DNA from: a virus
Taxonomy: Duplodnaviria; Heunggongvirae; Uroviricota; Caudoviricetes
Reading direction: 5' to 3' (one strand)
Length of the DNA: 64,000 nucleotides
IMG/VR virus record: IMGVR_UViG_3300031911_000001
Location: 101,881 to 165,880 of that record
Numbering within the stretch: the stretch's first letter is position 1; each line of letters opens with the position of its first letter. The notes under the pieces are model-generated. The model did not search any database. It was not told where the DNA came from and saw only the letters and a list, made by a program, of their open reading frames with translations. The position numbers and the translations under genes are program-made. Of this stretch, positions 36,040-45,916 are shown piece after piece.

Positions 36040-36491
36040 TCAAACTGGCAATGTACAAGGGCAAGGGGATGATCGGCAATGCCATCATCCGTTTCTGGAC
36101 ACGTTCACAATACTCCCATTGTGAATTGATCAGCACCAAAGAGGGTGCCAATTACGGGATGTCATCGAGCCTGATGGACGGTGGCGTACGCACCAAAGAG
36201 ATTGATTTCGCCAGCGGGAACTGGGACATCATTGATCTGCCGTGGGCCGATGAAGACGACGTCAAGCAATACCTCTTCGAGACGATTGACGAGAAGTACA
36301 GCTGGCTCGATCTGATCCGGGGTCAATTCTTCAATCGCCCGTACAACGAAGAAGGAGCCTCGTTCTGCTCTGACTGGTGTGCCACGGCACTCGGTATCCC
36401 GAACGGTACGATGTACAGCCCACGCAGCCTCTATGAGCAGTGCGTCTTCCTCAACATGATGGACAAGGCCGGGATAAATAACCCTTACTGA
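36036..36491 (+). CDS. Permuted papain-like (NlpC/P60, YiiX-type) peptidase/amidase
   Basis: His first (YSHCEL), Cys later (SFCSDW), Y-S/D-W motif, ends SP..L; ATGA overlap. Confidence 0.75.
   Translation: MIKLAMYKGKGMIGNAIIRFWTRSQYSHCELISTKEGANYGMSSSLMDGGVRTKEIDFASGNWDIIDLPWADEDDVKQYLFETIDEKYSWLDLIRGQFFNRPYNEEGASFCSDWCATALGIPNGTMYSPRSLYEQCVFLNMMDKAGINNPY
36475..36480 (+). promoter_or_regulatory. Late promoter TAAATA
   Basis: Upstream of 36501. Confidence 0.6.
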
Positions 36492-36500
36492 GGATAACGA

Positions 36501-37625
36501 ATGGCAACCAGTTTCAACCTTCCAGCGAACCCGACCGTAGGTCAGGAAGAGACACTCTCGAACGGGGTGCGCGTCGTCTGGAATGGTACAGGCTGGATTG
36601 CCGACGCAACAGCAGATGAGGACATCCTCGCTAGGCTGCTGCCCGTAGGAGGCACGGCCAATCAACTGCTTCGCAAACTGTCCAGCGGTTATGAATGGTT
36701 CACACAAGTCATCACCAAAGCAACGGTCGGCCTATCCAACGTAGACGACACCTCTGACCTTGCGAAGCCTGTCAGTGACGCTACCCAGTCGGCTCTTGAT
36801 TTGAAGGTGCCTACAAGCGCTCTGGGGGTGTCGGTGGCCACCCTAGAATCGGGTAAGGTTCCGTCCTCACAACTCCCGGCCTATGTCGACGACATTGTTG
36901 AGTACGCCAACCTAGCCGCCTTCCCTGCCACTGGCGCAAGAGGTATCATCTACGTTGCCCTTGACACGAACCGTCAATATCGTTGGACCGACACGGTCTA
37001 CGTTCAGATGGTGTCGTCTCCCGGTACGACCGATGACGTGACGGAAGGTACGACCAATCTGTACTTCACTGCTGCGAGAGTCCTATCATCGGTCATCGCT
37101 GGTCTGTCTACTGCCACAAGCACAGTCATCACTGCTGCAGACACGGTGCTGGTCGCCCTTGGGAAATTGCAGGCCCAGATCACTCTTCGTGCTACGCTGG
37201 CCTCCCCGACCTTCACCGGTACGCCACAGGCTCCTACTGCGGCAGTCAACACCTCCACAGACCAGATCGCGACAACGGGTTTTGTCCAAGGCCGTCATGC
37301 ATTCACTGGAGTACAGAGCGTCAACAACTCTGTACTGACAAACAGCGGTGGAACCATTGCTTTTGATGCCTCGTTGTCAAACCATTTCACTCTGAGCCTG
37401 ACTGCCAATGGGACGCTTCAGAACCCGACCAATGCGATAGCGGGCACATCATACGTCGTTTCCATCATACAATCAACCGGGAATACGAGCCTCTCGTTCG
37501 GGTCTAATTACAGATTCCCCGGTGGCGTGATACCTACTGTCTCTCAAGGTGTTGGTCAAAGGGACTTGCTCTGTATGTATTACGACGGAACCGTCTTTTA
37601 TTGCACCTACGGTAAGGCGTTCTAA
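36501..37625 (+). CDS. Tail fibre protein
   Basis: FNLPANPTVG, VGLSNVDDTSD, SPTFTGTPQAPT...IATT.FV motifs. Confidence 0.8.
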   Translation: MATSFNLPANPTVGQEETLSNGVRVVWNGTGWIADATADEDILARLLPVGGTANQLLRKLSSGYEWFTQVITKATVGLSNVDDTSDLAKPVSDATQSALDLKVPTSALGVSVATLESGKVPSSQLPAYVDDIVEYANLAAFPATGARGIIYVALDTNRQYRWTDTVYVQMVSSPGTTDDVTEGTTNLYFTAARVLSSVIAGLSTATSTVITAADTVLVALGKLQAQITLRATLASPTFTGTPQAPTAAVNTSTDQIATTGFVQGRHAFTGVQSVNNSVLTNSGGTIAFDASLSNHFTLSLTANGTLQNPTNAIAGTSYVVSIIQSTGNTSLSFGSNYRFPGGVIPTVSQGVGQRDLLCMYYDGTVFYCTYGKAF

Positions 37626-38365
37626 TGTTTCCTGGTCCGCTGATTCAGATCATGTCTGTCCCTGAGGTCGATCCTCATTGGGCAAGCGTGAGTGCTATTC
37701 TTGGATTCGATGAAGAACAATATTCCATCACCGATCCAAAGGGAGTAACATGGGGAATGACCGGGCCTAGCACAAATGCTACGACCACTGGCGCGATGTA
37801 CGGATCAAGAGCATTGAGCATCACCAGTGCCGGCGACAGGGTCACTACACTTGAAAATCAAACGACTGGCGATTTTGAGAATGGCGACTTCACCGTTGAA
37901 TTGGCCTTCAAGTTCAGCAGCCCATCATCACAATTCCCGGTGCTCATCGAAGCATATGCGCACGCGAATTATCCGTATGCAGACACCGCCATCGCATGGC
38001 AAATCTACCTGAACAATTATGCGGGTGGCGGAGACGACATCTATTGGTACTCTGGTGCGAATACGGAATGGATTGGCGGCAACAATGGTGGAACCATTCA
38101 TCCTTATGATGGCAACTGGCACACGGTAGCATACAGTAGAGGCGGAAGTATTGGTCGACTGTATTTCGATGGCGTGAATATCGCCACGAATAATGAGGAT
38201 TATGCGTACTACTTTGATGCGACTCGAATCAACATCGGCTCCAGTGACAACGGTGACAATAGCGCCCGATCTGTTCTGATTGACGAGGTCCGGATCACCA
38301 AGGGTGTTGCCCGCTACACCGACTCCAGCTACACGCCAAGAACCATCCCATTCCCACGCGCATAA
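37625..38365 (+). CDS. LamG/concanavalin A-like lectin domain protein
   Basis: GDFTVE..F, WHTVAYSR......LYFDG, IDEVRITKGVARY. Confidence 0.85.
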   Translation: MFPGPLIQIMSVPEVDPHWASVSAILGFDEEQYSITDPKGVTWGMTGPSTNATTTGAMYGSRALSITSAGDRVTTLENQTTGDFENGDFTVELAFKFSSPSSQFPVLIEAYAHANYPYADTAIAWQIYLNNYAGGGDDIYWYSGANTEWIGGNNGGTIHPYDGNWHTVAYSRGGSIGRLYFDGVNIATNNEDYAYYFDATRINIGSSDNGDNSARSVLIDEVRITKGVARYTDSSYTPRTIPFPRA

Positions 38366-38368
38366 ATA
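38363..38368 (+). promoter_or_regulatory. Late promoter TAAATA
   Basis: Upstream of the Ntn-protease-like gene. Confidence 0.65.
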
Positions 38369-38388
38369 CTCCGTTCATAGGAGTGTTC

Positions 38389-38808
38389 ATGACAACAGTT
38401 GCGGCCGACCTCAAGTCAATGTCTTGCGACTCCCTCGTATCGTGGGGAGAGCGGTCCTTCTATGTCAAGAAGATCATCAAATACAAGGGCAAAATCTACG
38501 GGTTTGCGGGTGACTACGATTCAGTCGTGAAGATGATCGACTGGCTCAAAGGCAACAAGAAGCGCAGACCCAAGGACGTCAAGTGGGGCGATGAGTTTGA
38601 AGGGTTGGTTCTGTCCAAGCAGGGACTGTTCTACATCAACCCAGACTTCAAAGAGCATCCCTTCAACCGTGACTGTTTTGCCATTGGTTCTGGCTCTGGT
38701 CCTGCCATGGGAGCAATGATGGCGGGTGCAGATTCAGCCAGCGCAGTGTCCATTGCCTGTGAGATTGATCCTAACTCAGGCGGAGAAATCCATACCGAGT
38801 TCCTTTGA
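38389..38808 (+). CDS. Proteasome-beta/HslV-like Ntn hydrolase
   Basis: MTTVAAD (Thr exposed after Met removal), DS, KI, GFAGD, AIGSG..A.GAM, A...D..SGG; GGAG RBS. Confidence 0.75.
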   Translation: MTTVAADLKSMSCDSLVSWGERSFYVKKIIKYKGKIYGFAGDYDSVVKMIDWLKGNKKRRPKDVKWGDEFEGLVLSKQGLFYINPDFKEHPFNRDCFAIGSGSGPAMGAMMAGADSASAVSIACEIDPNSGGEIHTEFL

Positions 38809-38813
38809 ACAGT

Positions 38814-38819
38814 TAAATA
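38814..38819 (+). promoter_or_regulatory. Late promoter TAAATA
   Basis: Upstream of the VrlC-like gene. Confidence 0.7.
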
Positions 38820-38843
38820 CACCGAATTAAGAAGGTTTTGATA

Positions 38844-41800
38844 ATGACGCTTCAGAAAACAAACGTAAACGTTGCTCCGTTTTTCGACGATTACGATCCA
38901 GCAAAGAATTTCCACCGGATCATGTTCCGTCCACGCCCTGTACAGGCCCGTGAACTGAACCAGCTCCAGTCGATCCTCCAAGATCAAATCTCGAGGTTCG
39001 GTCAGCACATCTTTAAAGAAGGCTCGATGGTCATCCCGGGTGGTTTCCGTGCCATCCTGGATCAAGACGCAGTCTCGATCACTTCCCTGACGACCGGTAC
39101 GATCTTTGACATTACGAACCACGTAGGTCAAGTGATGGTCCGCTCGGTGTCGTCCAACCTGATCGCCAAGGTCCAGAAGGTCATCCCTGCTGTCGATACT
39201 GATCCGATCGTCCTGTTCGTTGAATACCAGAACTCTGGCTCAGACAACGAGACACGCACCTTCACTGCAACTGAAAACCTCGTCATCTACTTCGAAGACG
39301 GCGTCGATCAAGTGACTCTGGCTACTGCCTCCTCTGCTTCGGTGAGCAAAGGCATCTGGGTCAAGTCTCTGGCTGGTGTCTACTTCGTGCGTGGTCACTT
39401 CGTGCAGACCACCGATCAAGACTTCGTGGTGTCCAAGCTCACTACGAACAAGAACCTGCGCGTCGGTTTCAAGGTTGTCGAAGACATCATCGACGAACTG
39501 ACTGACCCGACCCTGAACTCCAATGCTCTGGGTTACTCGAACTTCATGGGTCCGGGTGCATCCCGCCTCCGTATCCGCCTGCAAATGGCTGGTAAGGAGC
39601 TTGCTGATGACGCTCCTGACTCCAGCTTCGTGGAAGTGATCCGCATCCGCGACAACCAAGTTCAAAATCAAGTAGACACCTCGGAATATGCCGAGTTGAT
39701 GAAGACACTCGCAAAGCGCACCTACGAAGAGTCCGGTGACTACACGGTCACACCTTTCGGACTCGATGTACGTGAGCATCTGAAGACCGGTAACGACGGC
39801 GTTTTCCCTCCGGAAGAAGGAGGCGACGAGTCGAAGTTCGTGGCTGTTGTGAAGCCCGGTATCGGATACGTGCAAGGCTACCGTACCGAGAACGTAGGCA
39901 ACCAAAATGTCGTGATCGACAAGGCTCGTGGTTCCACGTTGTCAAACAATGCTGTTACGTCCGCGGACTACGGTAGCTATTTCATCGTCAACACGCTGTC
40001 TTCTGCGCCGGATATCGACATCACCAAGGCCGTGCAACTCCGTGACAACACGAACGCACAGGTCGGCACGGTGAGCGTCCGTGGCATCATCAAGGAGAGC
40101 GCAACGACTTGGCGCATCTACGTGTTCAACATGGTGTTCAACGCCGGTAAGACACTCAACAACGTTGCCAAGCTCTATTACAACGACGCATCGAACCTGT
40201 GGAGCTGCAACCTCGTGTCGTCAGTGCTCTACGAAGGTGCCAAGAACAACCTCGTGTTCCGCCTGCCGGTTGACGTGGTCAAGTCCCTGAAGCCGTCCGG
40301 TGTCTCTGACACGACCTACTCGGTACTGCGTTCATTCAATGTGACGACCAATGCCTCGGGCGTTGCATCGATCTCACTGAACGCCAACGAAGTGTTTGAC
40401 AGTCTCAACGACTGGGAATGGACCATTGCCTACACGGGTGCTGCAAACACTGGTGTCGTGATCGCGAGCCCGTCTGGTGCAATCACCTTCGGTGGTACTC
40501 CGGTCGGCAAGAGCATCACGATCAACCTGACTGCGACACACGCAAACAAGGCGATCAAGGTCATCGCTCCTGTCATCAAGTCAACCTTCATCGAGAAGAC
40601 GAAGACTCTGACGACGAACACCGAATCGCTGGTCCTGTCTGGTGTGAACGGTAAGGTGCTCGCCAAGGCAGACATCTACAAGATCGTCTCGATCATTGAT
40701 ACGAACAACGGTGCAAACCTGTTGAACTACTTCAAGCTCGACAACGGTCAACGTGACTCGTGGTACGAATCTGGCGTCATCTCCACTGTGGACGGTGCTA
40801 CGATCACCCGCAACCTGACGATCGTCTATCAATACTTCGCCCACTCGACAGGTGACTACTTCAGCGTTGATTCCTACGGTGGTCTCGGACGTAAGAACAT
40901 TCCGAAGTACCCTGTCGGCGGCAAGCTGATGAACCTCGCAGACTGCGTTGACTTCCGTCCTCTGAAGGATGCGGCCGGCGCGTTCACGTCCCTGACGGTG
41001 ACTGGTGAAATCGCAAAGCCGGGTGTTGCCATCCGTGCCGACATTGAGTACTACCTGCCGCGTATCGCCTCCGTGTACCTCGACCAGAACAGTGAGTTCG
41101 GCGTGGTCAACGGAGTGTCTTCATCGAATCCTGCGATCCCTGAAGTACCGGCAGGCTCAATGCGCCTGTACAACCTGAGCATCCCGGCCTACACCGAGGA
41201 CATCTCGAAGATCGTTGTTCAGATGATTGACAACCGCCGTTACACGATGCGTGATATCGGCAAGATCGATCAGCGCGTGTCGAACCTTGAGTACTACACG
41301 TCCCTGAACATGCTGGAGCAGGCGACCAATCAAGAGCAGATCATTGACCCCGTGACTGGCAACAGCCGTTACAAGAATGGTTTCGCAGTCGATGGCTTCA
41401 CTGACTTCTCGCTGGGTGACAACGGCAACCTCGAATGGATTGCTGCCCTCGACCCGCTGGCAAAGGTGCTGCGTCCTTCGTTCATCCAGAACGTGATGGA
41501 CTTGAGCCAAAACAGCCTGACGAACACACAGCGCAAGAAGGACCTCTACACGATCGCATACACCGAAGTGGCTGCGACCGAGCAAATGCTCGCAACGAAG
41601 TTCGTCAACATCAACCCTTACGCCGTGTTCACATGGGTGGGGAAGACGACCCTGACTCCTGCGTTCGACTACTGGAAGGACGTTGTCTACAGTGAGCCTC
41701 TGATCCTGAATCAGACCATTGACAACACCGGCGGTGCCCAAGCAGGTACGGTCTACGACTACGTCTACAAGTCATGGGACTCGACACAACAGACTGCCAT

Positions 41801-43772
41801 CTTCGCCGTGATCGGACGTTGGGCTGCAGCTGCTGTTCGTACCGATACGACTACGACGACCGAAACGACGACTACGACGACTACGACCTCCATCAACGAG
41901 AGTCTGAACTCATCACAGCGCGACAACTTCGTGTCCAGCGCAGTGATCCCGTTCATGCGAGCCATCGACATCACGTTCAGTGTCGAGAAGATGAAGCCTT
42001 TCACCCGCATCTACCCGTTCTTCGACGGTGTGGCTGTTGGCAGCCAGTGCAAGCAAACCGGCAAGAACTACAACGACCCGATCATCACGGACGCTGCTGG
42101 TGCCGCAACCGGTATCTTCACTGTGCCGAGCTCTGCATCCTTCCGCTTCAAGACGGGTACGAGCCTGTTCCGCTTCACTGACTCTGCGACCGATGGCCGT
42201 GGAACCGGTGACTTCGAGTCGGCTTCCCAGACCCTGTTCTACTCGGGCGGTACGCTGGAATCGCGTCAGATCGAGGTGACCAACACACGTACACTGACTG
42301 CCAGCGTCGACGTTCAAAGCTCGGTATCGTCTTCACAGACTTCCAGCTCAACACTGGCACTTGCACAGGTGCGTCTGCCAGCCGACCCTATTGCTCAGAC
42401 CTTCCGTCTGGCTGAAGCCGGTGGCGCGTTTGTGACCAAGGTGGACATCGCCTTCAAGAGCAAGGCTGCTGCTATCCCTGTGATGCTGCAAATCCGTACC
42501 GTGATCGCAGGCTTCCCGTCTACCGATGTATTGCCACAGGCCGAGAAGGTGCTCAACCCTGCTGACATCACCACAAGCGATGACGGTTCGGTGATGACGT
42601 CCTTCGTGTTCGATGACCCGATCTACCTGCGTGAAAACGTTGAGTACGCGGTCGTCCTGCTCGCAGACACTCAAGAGTACAACGTGTTCGTTGCCCAGAT
42701 GGGTCAACCGACACTGGTCGGCGAACAAGCGGTGAGCAAGCAACCTCACATCGGTACATTCTTCCAGTCGGCCAACGGTTCGACATGGACAGAGTCACAA
42801 GACATTGACATGAAGTTCAAAGTCTGGCGTGCTCAGTTCAACACCGGTACAGCATCGCAACTGGTCCTGCAAGGTAGCACCCCAGTGTTCCTGCCGATCA
42901 AGTTCAATGCCTTCTCGGTGACGTCTGCATCGACGACTGTCGTGATGGAAATGCGCAGCCACGGTCTCAGAGTCGGTGACACGTTCACTGTGTCTGGTGC
43001 TACCGGTGGCAACAACATCACTGCCGATGATCTGAACAAGACCCACACGGTTACTGCGGTGACCGGTGACCAAGTCAGCTTCGTCGTTGCGACCCCTGCC
43101 AATGCGACTCATTACATCGGTGGCGAGAACATCTCGGTCAAGGCAAACAACCCGTTCGGTCTGTTCTACTCGAACCAGACGACGATGGTTCAGCCGGGTA
43201 CGAGCATCGTGTGGGAGTACTCATACAAGCAACAAAGCAACCGTGCGTTCACACCATGGACCAAGTTCGACCCGAACAATGACACTGCTCTGACCTCTGA
43301 GGGTGTTGTTCAGGCCGGTACTGACTTCCTGATCCGTGCGACTCTGGCTTCTTCGGTCTCCAACCTGAGCCCGGTGATCGATTCGGCTGGTATGCAAACC
43401 ATCCTGATCCATCCGCGCCTGCTGCCTGCTACGAGCCTGTCGGTGTTCAAGTACGTGACGAAGCAGATCAAGTTCAACAACCCATCGACGCAAGCCAAGT
43501 TCTTCCTGGCTGCGAAGCTGCCGAACTCTTCGTCAATGAAGTTCTTCTACAAGCTGATCGTGACGGCCGACGAGAACGTTGATGCCAAGCCATGGGTCCA
43601 ACTGGAACCTCTGACGCCTTACGTGAATGACTCGACTAGATACCTCGAGTACGAATACGCTCTGTCTGGTGTCGGCACCTTCATCGGATACCAACTTCGT
43701 GTCGCCTTCTACGGACCCGATGTGACAGATTGCCCTTCGATGAAGAACATCAGAACCATTGCCCTTGCATGA
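38844..43772 (+). CDS. VrlC-like (DUF4815) large baseplate/tail structural protein
   Basis: NVAPFFDDYD..KNFHRIMFRP.PVQARELNQLQSILQ, RTYEESGDY, RYKNGFAVDGF, INPYAVF, SANGSTW. Confidence 0.88.
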   Translation: MTLQKTNVNVAPFFDDYDPAKNFHRIMFRPRPVQARELNQLQSILQDQISRFGQHIFKEGSMVIPGGFRAILDQDAVSITSLTTGTIFDITNHVGQVMVRSVSSNLIAKVQKVIPAVDTDPIVLFVEYQNSGSDNETRTFTATENLVIYFEDGVDQVTLATASSASVSKGIWVKSLAGVYFVRGHFVQTTDQDFVVSKLTTNKNLRVGFKVVEDIIDELTDPTLNSNALGYSNFMGPGASRLRIRLQMAGKELADDAPDSSFVEVIRIRDNQVQNQVDTSEYAELMKTLAKRTYEESGDYTVTPFGLDVREHLKTGNDGVFPPEEGGDESKFVAVVKPGIGYVQGYRTENVGNQNVVIDKARGSTLSNNAVTSADYGSYFIVNTLSSAPDIDITKAVQLRDNTNAQVGTVSVRGIIKESATTWRIYVFNMVFNAGKTLNNVAKLYYNDASNLWSCNLVSSVLYEGAKNNLVFRLPVDVVKSLKPSGVSDTTYSVLRSFNVTTNASGVASISLNANEVFDSLNDWEWTIAYTGAANTGVVIASPSGAITFGGTPVGKSITINLTATHANKAIKVIAPVIKSTFIEKTKTLTTNTESLVLSGVNGKVLAKADIYKIVSIIDTNNGANLLNYFKLDNGQRDSWYESGVISTVDGATITRNLTIVYQYFAHSTGDYFSVDSYGGLGRKNIPKYPVGGKLMNLADCVDFRPLKDAAGAFTSLTVTGEIAKPGVAIRADIEYYLPRIASVYLDQNSEFGVVNGVSSSNPAIPEVPAGSMRLYNLSIPAYTEDISKIVVQMIDNRRYTMRDIGKIDQRVSNLEYYTSLNMLEQATNQEQIIDPVTGNSRYKNGFAVDGFTDFSLGDNGNLEWIAALDPLAKVLRPSFIQNVMDLSQNSLTNTQRKKDLYTIAYTEVAATEQMLATKFVNINPYAVFTWVGKTTLTPAFDYWKDVVYSEPLILNQTIDNTGGAQAGTVYDYVYKSWDSTQQTAIFAVIGRWAAAAVRTDTTTTTETTTTTTTTSINESLNSSQRDNFVSSAVIPFMRAIDITFSVEKMKPFTRIYPFFDGVAVGSQCKQTGKNYNDPIITDAAGAATGIFTVPSSASFRFKTGTSLFRFTDSATDGRGTGDFESASQTLFYSGGTLESRQIEVTNTRTLTASVDVQSSVSSSQTSSSTLALAQVRLPADPIAQTFRLAEAGGAFVTKVDIAFKSKAAAIPVMLQIRTVIAGFPSTDVLPQAEKVLNPADITTSDDGSVMTSFVFDDPIYLRENVEYAVVLLADTQEYNVFVAQMGQPTLVGEQAVSKQPHIGTFFQSANGSTWTESQDIDMKFKVWRAQFNTGTASQLVLQGSTPVFLPIKFNAFSVTSASTTVVMEMRSHGLRVGDTFTVSGATGGNNITADDLNKTHTVTAVTGDQVSFVVATPANATHYIGGENISVKANNPFGLFYSNQTTMVQPGTSIVWEYSYKQQSNRAFTPWTKFDPNNDTALTSEGVVQAGTDFLIRATLASSVSNLSPVIDSAGMQTILIHPRLLPATSLSVFKYVTKQIKFNNPSTQAKFFLAAKLPNSSSMKFFYKLIVTADENVDAKPWVQLEPLTPYVNDSTRYLEYEYALSGVGTFIGYQLRVAFYGPDVTDCPSMKNIRTIALA

Positions 43773-43966
43773 TTGAAGTAGCAAAAGTAGCAGATCACCC
43801 CAATCTCGTGCGAGACATGAGAACCGGGGTGATCATCAACACAGACAATGAAGGCTTCAAGGCCTACATTGCCAGTCGTCAACGACGTGAATCTCTTGAG
43901 CAACGGGTCGATGCCATGGAAAAGAACGTGGAATTGATCCTCAAGCTCCTACAGGAACGCAAATGA
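43769..43966 (+). CDS. Small coiled-coil protein upstream of gp13
   Basis: HPNLVRD..TG.IINTD; ATGA overlap; typical position in VrlC-type phages. Confidence 0.7.
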   Translation: MIEVAKVADHPNLVRDMRTGVIINTDNEGFKAYIASRQRRESLEQRVDAMEKNVELILKLLQERK

Positions 43967-44865
43967 GCAACATCTTTGAACTACCAGACGATCCGGCAGA
44001 AATGATGTCGGGGCTGAAGAAGAACCGCAACCGTGACGACCTTAAGGCTGACATCCTCGTCGGCCTTGGTGCTCCTACGATCCGGGTCGAACTGACCGAT
44101 GAGCAACTGGATCAGGCCATCAACTCGGCCTTGCGTCAGTTCTGGACGAACCACCGGGACGGCTCCTTCGAGAACTTCTACTTCGTGGAACTGACGGAGC
44201 AGCAAGTCGCACAGGGTTGGATTCAAATCCCAGAGAACATCGATGCAATCATTGAAGTCCTGCCCAAGGGCTTTGGTCGTGGGGATGAAGGATTCGCCAA
44301 CTGGGAATGGCAAATGGCTGCAGCTGCCCTCCCGGGCGCAAGTGGCTCGTCCGTAGTCGCAGGCTCTTCATATAGCGTTGCTACCCCCGGCACCTCTGGT
44401 GGTGTTGCTGGCTCATTCGGTGGCGTACAGAAGCTGAACACCGGGATGCTCAACCAGTTCGGATTCGCTGACTACATGCTCGCCAAACAGGCCATGGACA
44501 CGGTGCGCTACATGACCGGATCGGATGTGAACTACTTCAACTTCGTCCGCTATCAACGCCGTATGTACCCACGGTTCCCAGTTCGCCCGGGTGAGTTCAT
44601 CGCATTTCGTTGCTACGAGAACGTTGACCCGGACAAGAACCCTGAGCTCTTCGGTGAACTGTTCGATGACGAGATGTTGAAGAACCTTGCCACCGCCAAT
44701 GCCAAGATCATCTGGGGCTCAGTGCTCCGCAAGTTCGGTGGCATCCAGCTCCCGGGTGGCGTGACACTGGAAGGTGACTCTCTGATCGCCGAGGGCCGTG
44801 AAGACTCGGAGCAGTTGATCAAGGAAATGCAGGACATGGTCCCTGCCGACTTCTTCATCGGGTAA
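43963..44865 (+). CDS. gp13: Neck protein
   Basis: LGAPTIRVELTDEQLDQAI...AL; WGSVLRKFGGIQLPGGVTL.G. Confidence 0.93.
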   Translation: MSNIFELPDDPAEMMSGLKKNRNRDDLKADILVGLGAPTIRVELTDEQLDQAINSALRQFWTNHRDGSFENFYFVELTEQQVAQGWIQIPENIDAIIEVLPKGFGRGDEGFANWEWQMAAAALPGASGSSVVAGSSYSVATPGTSGGVAGSFGGVQKLNTGMLNQFGFADYMLAKQAMDTVRYMTGSDVNYFNFVRYQRRMYPRFPVRPGEFIAFRCYENVDPDKNPELFGELFDDEMLKNLATANAKIIWGSVLRKFGGIQLPGGVTLEGDSLIAEGREDSEQLIKEMQDMVPADFFIG

Positions 44866-44888
44866 GTAGAACCCATTCGGAGAACTTG

Positions 44889-45188
44889 ATGATCAACGCA
44901 ACAAAAGATACCTTTTCAACTGAAGTTTTGGACGCCACGGCACCGGTGCTTGTGGACTTCTGGGCTCCTTGGTGTGGACCATGCAAGATGATGGCCCCTG
45001 CACTGGAAAGTGATCTTGGCGTCAAGGTCGTGAAGGTCAACATCGATGAAGAGCCCGGTCTCTCGCAGGAATTCAAAGTCCGTGGTTTGCCGACCCTGAT
45101 GATGTTCAAGGAAGGCAAACCCGTAGCAATGCGCACAGGTGGTGCTACGAAGACTCAGATCCAATCGTTCGTGGACGGACACCTCTAA
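44889..45188 (+). CDS. Thioredoxin (TrxA type)
   Basis: VDFWAPWCGPCK, KVNIDE, VRGLPTL. Confidence 0.95.
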   Translation: MINATKDTFSTEVLDATAPVLVDFWAPWCGPCKMMAPALESDLGVKVVKVNIDEEPGLSQEFKVRGLPTLMMFKEGKPVAMRTGGATKTQIQSFVDGHL

Positions 45189-45222
45189 GTACCTGCTTTG
45201 CGGTTCGGGGCCTCGTAGGGCC

Positions 45223-45228
45223 TAAATA
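45223..45228 (+). promoter_or_regulatory. Late promoter TAAATA
   Basis: CCTAAATAC upstream of gp14. Confidence 0.75.
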
Positions 45229-45249
45229 CTGCGTAGAAAGGTACTTTCC

Positions 45250-45915
45250 ATGACAGTAAATCGACTCCTAAACCAGCAGCACTCCCCACGGGAGCAAGAA
45301 ATGGTGGAAAGCCTCGTCATTGAGGCCATCCAAGCCAAAGGTGCTGACGTGAAGTACATGGTCCGTGAGCTGGTCAATCGAGACCCCCTTTTCGGTGAGG
45401 CCACGCTCAGTTCCTTTGAGGAATATGCGGAGGTCGAGATGTACCTCGCAGACATCCAGAACTTCAACGGAGACGGTGACATGTTCGGTAAGTTCGGCTT
45501 CACGATGACGGACAGTGCGAACTTCGAGGTCTCGGTCAAACGATTCCAGCAAGAGCTCGGCCGCTACGGACTTGATCGCCCACGTGAGGGTGACCTGATC
45601 TACTACGGGCTCAACGACTCCCTCTACGAAATTCGCAAAGTGAGCAAAGACTCTCAGTTCAACAAGCTGGGCCGCAATTACGTTCATCGACTCCAGTGCT
45701 CCCTGTTCCAGTGGTCCCACGAGAAGCTGCCGAAGCACCCGGACATGGACACCTTCAATGACAAGGAAGATATCGTGCTCTCGTCAGAGGACATGATCGA
45801 CATTGGCAAGACATTGGGTATCTCTCCGAACTCGCAGAAGGATGAGCGTCCGTCCATCAAGGAAGAAGGCTCCAAGTACATGACCTTCGATCCTGCAAAC
45901 CCTTTCAAGGTCTGA
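45250..45915 (+). CDS. gp14: Neck protein
   Basis: EQEMVESLVIEAIQ..G..V.Y..RE, D.FGKFG, RPREGDLIY. Confidence 0.93.
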   Translation: MTVNRLLNQQHSPREQEMVESLVIEAIQAKGADVKYMVRELVNRDPLFGEATLSSFEEYAEVEMYLADIQNFNGDGDMFGKFGFTMTDSANFEVSVKRFQQELGRYGLDRPREGDLIYYGLNDSLYEIRKVSKDSQFNKLGRNYVHRLQCSLFQWSHEKLPKHPDMDTFNDKEDIVLSSEDMIDIGKTLGISPNSQKDERPSIKEEGSKYMTFDPANPFKV

Positions 45916-45916
45916 T

